Source of the DNA: an uncultured Verrucomicrobiae bacterium
GTDB lineage: Bacteria; Chlamydiota; Chlamydiia; Chlamydiales; Rhabdochlamydiaceae
DNA: 11,838 nt
Direction of reading: 5' to 3'
Assembly: GCA_963818965.1 (NCBI GenBank)
Contig: CAWFUG010000006.1
Coordinates: 1-11,838, forward strand
Part shown: positions 8,020-11,838 of the stretch, in pieces
Numbering within the stretch: the stretch's first letter is position 1
Layout of the letters: every line of letters begins with the position of its first letter
Translations under genes and position numbers: made by a program
The notes under the pieces: model-generated
Database searches by the model: none
What the model was told of the DNA's origin: nothing
What the model saw: only the letters and a program-made list of their open reading frames with translations

Positions 8020-8694
8020 ATGATCCGACAAATAGTGCGCTGCCTTTCCCTTGGACTATCTATTTTTTACATAGGCTCCGTCCTTGCGGATATACCCTAC
8101 CTCAGCAAAGCAGAGCGCTATTTTTCCGACGTTTACGATCATGCTGCGTGGGGCCACAATGAAATGGGAGAAGGAAGCTCTGGTCCTGGATCCCTAGTGC
8201 ATGAAGCCATCCCCTTTATTAATTATATCCAAAATTTCTTAGAGACTCATGAAATCGATTCCGTTGTTGATGTCGGATGTGGAGATTGGGTACTTGCCCG
8301 TGAAATTAATTGGGGCAAAAGAAATTACTTGGGGATCGATGTCGTGGAAAGTGTAATAGAAAAAAATCAGGTAAATTATAGCTCTGACAATATCCATTTT
8401 TTAAAATTTGATGCAGGAATAGATTCAATTTCCCCGGGAGATCTACTCATTTGTAAAGATGTCTTCATTCACTTGCCCTACTCTGAAATCAATAACATTT
8501 TAAAAGAATCCAACAAATTCAAATATTGCATTTTCGTTAATGACGTAGAAGGATCTGGCGTGAATATAGATCTACCTAACTATGGCTTTCGAAGTGTTTA
8601 TTTAACAACCTTCCCCTTTAACCTCATCCCGACGCAAGTAACCCATTATATTTCTCACGGCAGAACAAAAGAAATTGTGCTTATTAAACACTAG
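8020..8694 (+). CDS. Class I SAM-dependent methyltransferase with N-terminal signal peptide
   Basis: 224 aa. FSDVY...WG...SGPGS, SVVDVGCGDW, YLGIDVV and DLLICKDVFIHL motifs, a type often found in glycan clusters. Leader ends ...GSVLA|D. GAGG RBS upstream. Confidence 0.85.
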   Translation: MIRQIVRCLSLGLSIFYIGSVLADIPYLSKAERYFSDVYDHAAWGHNEMGEGSSGPGSLVHEAIPFINYIQNFLETHEIDSVVDVGCGDWVLAREINWGKRNYLGIDVVESVIEKNQVNYSSDNIHFLKFDAGIDSISPGDLLICKDVFIHLPYSEINNILKESNKFKYCIFVNDVEGSGVNIDLPNYGFRSVYLTTFPFNLIPTQVTHYISHGRTKEIVLIKH

Positions 8695-8700
8695 CTGCGG

Positions 8701-8813
8701 TATGAACCTATCCTAATAAAAAGTTTCAGTCGATTTTCGGGTTCTTTTGAATCGAAAATCGGTCAAAATAATCCCGAAAATCGACTGAAACTTTTTATTA
8801 GGACAGATTCGTA
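8701..8813. repeat. 113-bp palindromic element (long inverted repeat, MITE-like)
   Basis: Perfect 31-bp inverted repeat, 8711-8741 (TCCTAATAAAAAGTTTCAGTCGATTTTCGGG) versus 8773-8803. It extends imperfectly outward (7/10) to 8701 and 8813 and inward to a 3-nt loop at 8756-8758. Both ends are TA. Confidence 0.9.
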
Positions 8814-8943
8814 GTATTATTTTAAATAACCGTGATGCGAGTTATTTGCAGATATGCCCGTGTACCAGTCTGGGTTTACCCATGTACAATTATGAGCATT
8901 TCCTCTAGTGTAAAGAGCTACTCATCGCTTTTATTGAGGTCCT

Positions 8944-10560
8944 ATGGTGCTTTTACACATTACACGCCTGCTGTGTGTGGGGTGCTGTTCGCTTTTCTTG
9001 TTTACTTCGTGCCACAACGACAAAACCCCGAAAATGGGAGAGTGCTCCGCAGAGAGACTCGTTCGGCTCAACTTAAGACACGAGCCACTGACGATGGATC
9101 CCCGAAAAGGGGGAGATGTCATCTCTTCCCAAATGCACTTTTTACTATTCGAAGGGCTCGTAAAACTCAATCCCGATCGCTCGATTGCGCCGGCACTTGC
9201 AGAATCGTTCACAGTGTCTGAAGATGGATTGATCTATACATTTAGATTGAGAGACACTTGTTGGTCTGATGGCTCGCCCGTTCTCACTTCCGATTTCGAA
9301 GCTGCCTGGAAGATGATTCTATCACCGAGCTTCCCCTCCCCTAATGCGCATCTGCTCTATCCGATTAAAAATGCAGAAAGAGCGAAAAAGGGAGAGGTTG
9401 AGTTAGGCGAGATCGGCATCGCATCCGAAGGAGAAAAGACCCTTCTCGTCACTCTTGAAAAGCCGACTCCCTACTTTTTAGATCTGATCTCTTTTTGCGT
9501 CTTTTTCCCCGTCTCTTCGCAAAATGATCAAAATCATCCGGAATGGGCCAGGGATCCAGGAGAGAACTTCTTGAGCAATGGCCCCTTTTTATTGCAGGAG
9601 TGGAAACACCATGACGAAATTCTCCTCGTAAAAAATCCGCTTTATTGGGATCACACACGAGTCCTTCCTGATAAAATTCACTTCAGTATGGTCGATAATG
9701 AAGCGACCGTCCTTCAAATGTTTGAAAATGGAAGTCTCGATATGATCGGGGATCCCCTCTCTTCCATCTCCACCGATGCCTTAAGTACGTTGAAACAAAA
9801 GGGTCTGATCCAAAAATACTCGATCCCTGCGACGACCATGGTCGCATTCAATGCCGCATCCCCATTCTTTTCCAATCCCAAGATACGCAAAGCCTTCTCT
9901 TATGCGATCCATCGAGAATCTATCGCAAATATCACCCAGATGGATGAGTGTATTGCGACAAGTGCCGTCCCTCCCATTTTGAAAAAGGGAATAGGACGCC
10001 TCCAATTTTTTCAAGACGGTAACGATCATTTGGCGCAAAAACTCTTTGAAGAAGGACTGCGAGAGAGTGGCCTTTCCCGGGAAGCTTTTTCGAACTTGAG
10101 TTATTATTACGCGACGACAGAACTGAACCACAAAATTGCGCAGGCACTCCAGCAACAATGGAGAGACACCTTGGGAGTGGAGATTAAACTAGAGAACTTT
10201 GAACACAAAATTTTACTCGCTAAGTTCTCCCAACGAGATTACCACATCGGCCAGGTCCGCTGGATGTCTCAATACAACGACACGATGAGCATGTTAGAGC
10301 GGTTTAAATCCAAGGATAATCCGATCAATTTTTCCAATTGGGAACACCCTCTCTTCGCACAACTTTTAGAAGCCTCTTTCTATGAAACAGGAGCGCAGCG
10401 GTTCCAGACTTTAGAAAGGGCAGAAGAGATTCTAATGGAAGAAATGCCCTTTAGCCCCATTTATCATTGGGACATGACCTACATGGTACAACCTGGATGC
10501 AAAAACCTCGGAATCTCTTCGATCGGGGAGCTTTGCTTTGAGGACATGGATCATTCATGA
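8944..10560 (+). CDS. oppA: Oligopeptide ABC transporter substrate-binding lipoprotein (SBP family 5)
   Basis: 538 aa. Lipobox-like LFTSC, EPLTMDPR, LFEGLV, ALAESFTVSEDGLIYTFRLRDTCWSDGSP, SNGPF and AEEILMEEMPFSPIY. GAGGT RBS at 8936-8940. Confidence 0.92.
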   Translation: MVLLHITRLLCVGCCSLFLFTSCHNDKTPKMGECSAERLVRLNLRHEPLTMDPRKGGDVISSQMHFLLFEGLVKLNPDRSIAPALAESFTVSEDGLIYTFRLRDTCWSDGSPVLTSDFEAAWKMILSPSFPSPNAHLLYPIKNAERAKKGEVELGEIGIASEGEKTLLVTLEKPTPYFLDLISFCVFFPVSSQNDQNHPEWARDPGENFLSNGPFLLQEWKHHDEILLVKNPLYWDHTRVLPDKIHFSMVDNEATVLQMFENGSLDMIGDPLSSISTDALSTLKQKGLIQKYSIPATTMVAFNAASPFFSNPKIRKAFSYAIHRESIANITQMDECIATSAVPPILKKGIGRLQFFQDGNDHLAQKLFEEGLRESGLSREAFSNLSYYYATTELNHKIAQALQQQWRDTLGVEIKLENFEHKILLAKFSQRDYHIGQVRWMSQYNDTMSMLERFKSKDNPINFSNWEHPLFAQLLEASFYETGAQRFQTLERAEEILMEEMPFSPIYHWDMTYMVQPGCKNLGISSIGELCFEDMDHS

Positions 10561-10992
10561 GGTCTTCTTTTCCGCAAAGCCTTCATTGCGCAATAAGACC
10601 TTCGCTTCGACGACTTTGGGTTTCAAATACTCGCGCAGAGCGCGATCGAACTCTTTAGAAGAACACTGCTCTCCACAAGTGAATAGATCGACGAAACAGG
10701 CCCGGTGTTCGGGATAAGTATGGATACTCGCATGACTCTCAGAAAGCAGAAAAACCATCGTCAAGCCATCGGGAGGAAAGACCCATTCTGAACGCTTGAG
10801 AATCGTCGCTCCACTCTTTTCTACGGCGATTTCCATCGCAGCAGTCAGGGCTTCGATATCTGAGAGCGCTTTTTCATCGCATTCGCAATAGCTCGCCAAA
10901 AAATGCGTCCCCATAAATGCGTAAGAGTCTACTTCATTTGCACATCCCATGCTAAAAACAGAAAAAAAGAATAAACAAAGAACACGTCTCAT
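10555..10992 (-). CDS. speD: S-adenosylmethionine decarboxylase proenzyme family (pyruvoyl-dependent, class 1B) with N-terminal signal or lipoprotein-like leader
   Basis: GTHF...SGATIL...LLSE|SHASIHTYPE...VDLFTCG contains the self-cleavage site and the catalytic His and Cys. Start placed at ATG 10992, 5 nt after TAAGG; the track's GTG 10998 overlaps that RBS. Confidence 0.88.
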   Translation of the reverse strand: MRRVLCLFFFSVFSMGCANEVDSYAFMGTHFLASYCECDEKALSDIEALTAAMEIAVEKSGATILKRSEWVFPPDGLTMVFLLSESHASIHTYPEHRACFVDLFTCGEQCSSKEFDRALREYLKPKVVEAKVLLRNEGFAEKKTS

Positions 10993-11020
10993 AAACACCT
11001 TAAGATATACAGCACGCGCT

Positions 11021-11049
11021 ATTGTATAAACTTACATCGAAAAATGCAA
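11021..11049 (-). promoter_or_regulatory. Sigma70/sigma66-type promoter for speD
   Basis: Minus strand reads TTGCAT (11049-11044), 17 nt, TACAAT (11026-11021), ending 28 nt upstream of ATG 10992. Confidence 0.6.
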
Positions 11050-11131
11050 TCCCTTTCTCTTTCAAAAAATGTCATCAAGAGTCATAATTAAAACATACCC
11101 GGGTGCACTGAGGTATCAAGAGGCATGATAG

Positions 11132-11838
11132 ATGATTCGTATTCTTTTTTCTTTAGGTACTTTGGCGGCTGCCTGCTATGGCCTTTTGAGGCTCAGTTCT
11201 TCCCATCCAGAGATCAGGGGAAGGATCGACCAGTTCCTCCATACGGGAACGTTTCACACGCTTGAGATCCGCTACACAGCAGATCAAATCATGCAGTCTC
11301 ATCGTAAAGACCTACTTAAGAGCAATCGGCATCAATTTCTAGAACCCTCTCTCAAGTTTTACCCTTACCTGCTTCTCGAAGTGAAGTACCCCCTTTCTCC
11401 TTACAAGACAAAAGAGAGCGTCATGCTGTGGGATCTGACAGATGGAGAGATGGTGATCAGCACGAATCGCTGGGAAAAAACCCATGGATTTAGCGACTGC
11501 ATCAACGCGCATGTCGATCTGAATGAATTTAAGATCATCCGAGCTCTTGCAGAAAAAGGGGGCTTTACCGATCGAGAGAGCCTTTCAAGAGAGGTCCCTG
11601 TCAACCCCAAACTCCTAGATAGCTGGCTCGAGAGCTGCCGTCGGAAAAAATTGATCCTCTCAATGGACAATCACTACCGACTCCATCTAGAAAATCCCCG
11701 CTTAAAAATCACCCCTTGTACAAAGCTCGATGAGCGCCTCGTGACGAAGAATTACCACCGCGCAGAGTGTCTTCCGAAGCGATTCTCTTTTGACCAAATC
11801 GAAAGGGTGACTCAAGCTGCCTTTGGAACTGAGTTCGA
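11132..11838 (+). CDS. Hypothetical membrane-anchored protein (5' part; runs off the window), resembling a conserved Chlamydiota protein
   Basis: Not in the ORF track because it has no stop in the window. Open from ATG 11132 to the edge: MIRILFSLGTLAAACYGLLRLSSSHPEIRGRIDQFLHTGTFHTLEIRYTADQIMQSHRKDLL...FYPYLLLEVKY...LWDLTDGEMV...WEKTHGF...YRLHLENP... AAGAGG RBS at 11118-11123 and a candidate -10 CATAAT at 11083-11088. The chlamydial resemblance is from recall only. Confidence 0.85.
   Translation, partial: MIRILFSLGTLAAACYGLLRLSSSHPEIRGRIDQFLHTGTFHTLEIRYTADQIMQSHRKDLLKSNRHQFLEPSLKFYPYLLLEVKYPLSPYKTKESVMLWDLTDGEMVISTNRWEKTHGFSDCINAHVDLNEFKIIRALAEKGGFTDRESLSREVPVNPKLLDSWLESCRRKKLILSMDNHYRLHLENPRLKITPCTKLDERLVTKNYHRAECLPKRFSFDQIERVTQAAFGTEF

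Noticed and set aside
8701..8813. Palindrome as a CRISPR array, tRNA or simple rho-independent terminator
   Set aside because: There is no direct repeat-spacer series and no cloverleaf. The stem is AT-rich, much longer than a terminator, and has no trailing U-tract.
8832..9221. ORFs 8832-9221 (+) and 8931-9212 (-)
   Set aside because: Both overlap the well-supported oppA in another frame or strand and show no recognisable motifs.
538..10158. Remaining short ORFs in the track (for example 538-741, 758-961, 5038-5907, 6098-6547, 6914-7872, 9449-10158)
   Set aside because: They lie within or largely overlap better-supported CDSs and have no recognisable domain.
11401..11670. Minus-strand 89-aa ORF
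   Set aside because: It is antisense to the longer plus-strand CDS starting at 11132, which has an RBS and protein-like composition.

Overview
An 11.8-kb bacterial window, probably from an environmental member of Chlamydiota. That assignment is inferred from the style of the OppA lipoprotein and the last ORF, not from a marker gene. Positions 1-8694 form a glycan-modification locus: a putative sugar O-methyltransferase, three GT92/DUF23-like glycosyltransferase paralogs repeated at an exact 901-bp period, two more class I SAM methyltransferases, a head-to-head pair of paralogous GT2 glycosyltransferases, and a GT-A-like hypothetical protein. Next come a TA-flanked 113-bp palindrome (MITE-like, 8701-8813), a stand-alone oppA, a convergent speD-family pyruvoyl decarboxylase, and a hypothetical gene running off the right edge. 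The most striking pattern is that nearly every enzyme, including the three methyltransferases and the SpeD homolog, has an N-terminal signal peptide or anchor, although SAM and NDP-sugars are normally cytoplasmic. Only the two GT2s lack one. This suggests an extracytoplasmic glycosylation and methylation system. All family calls are from motif recognition by eye; no searches were run.
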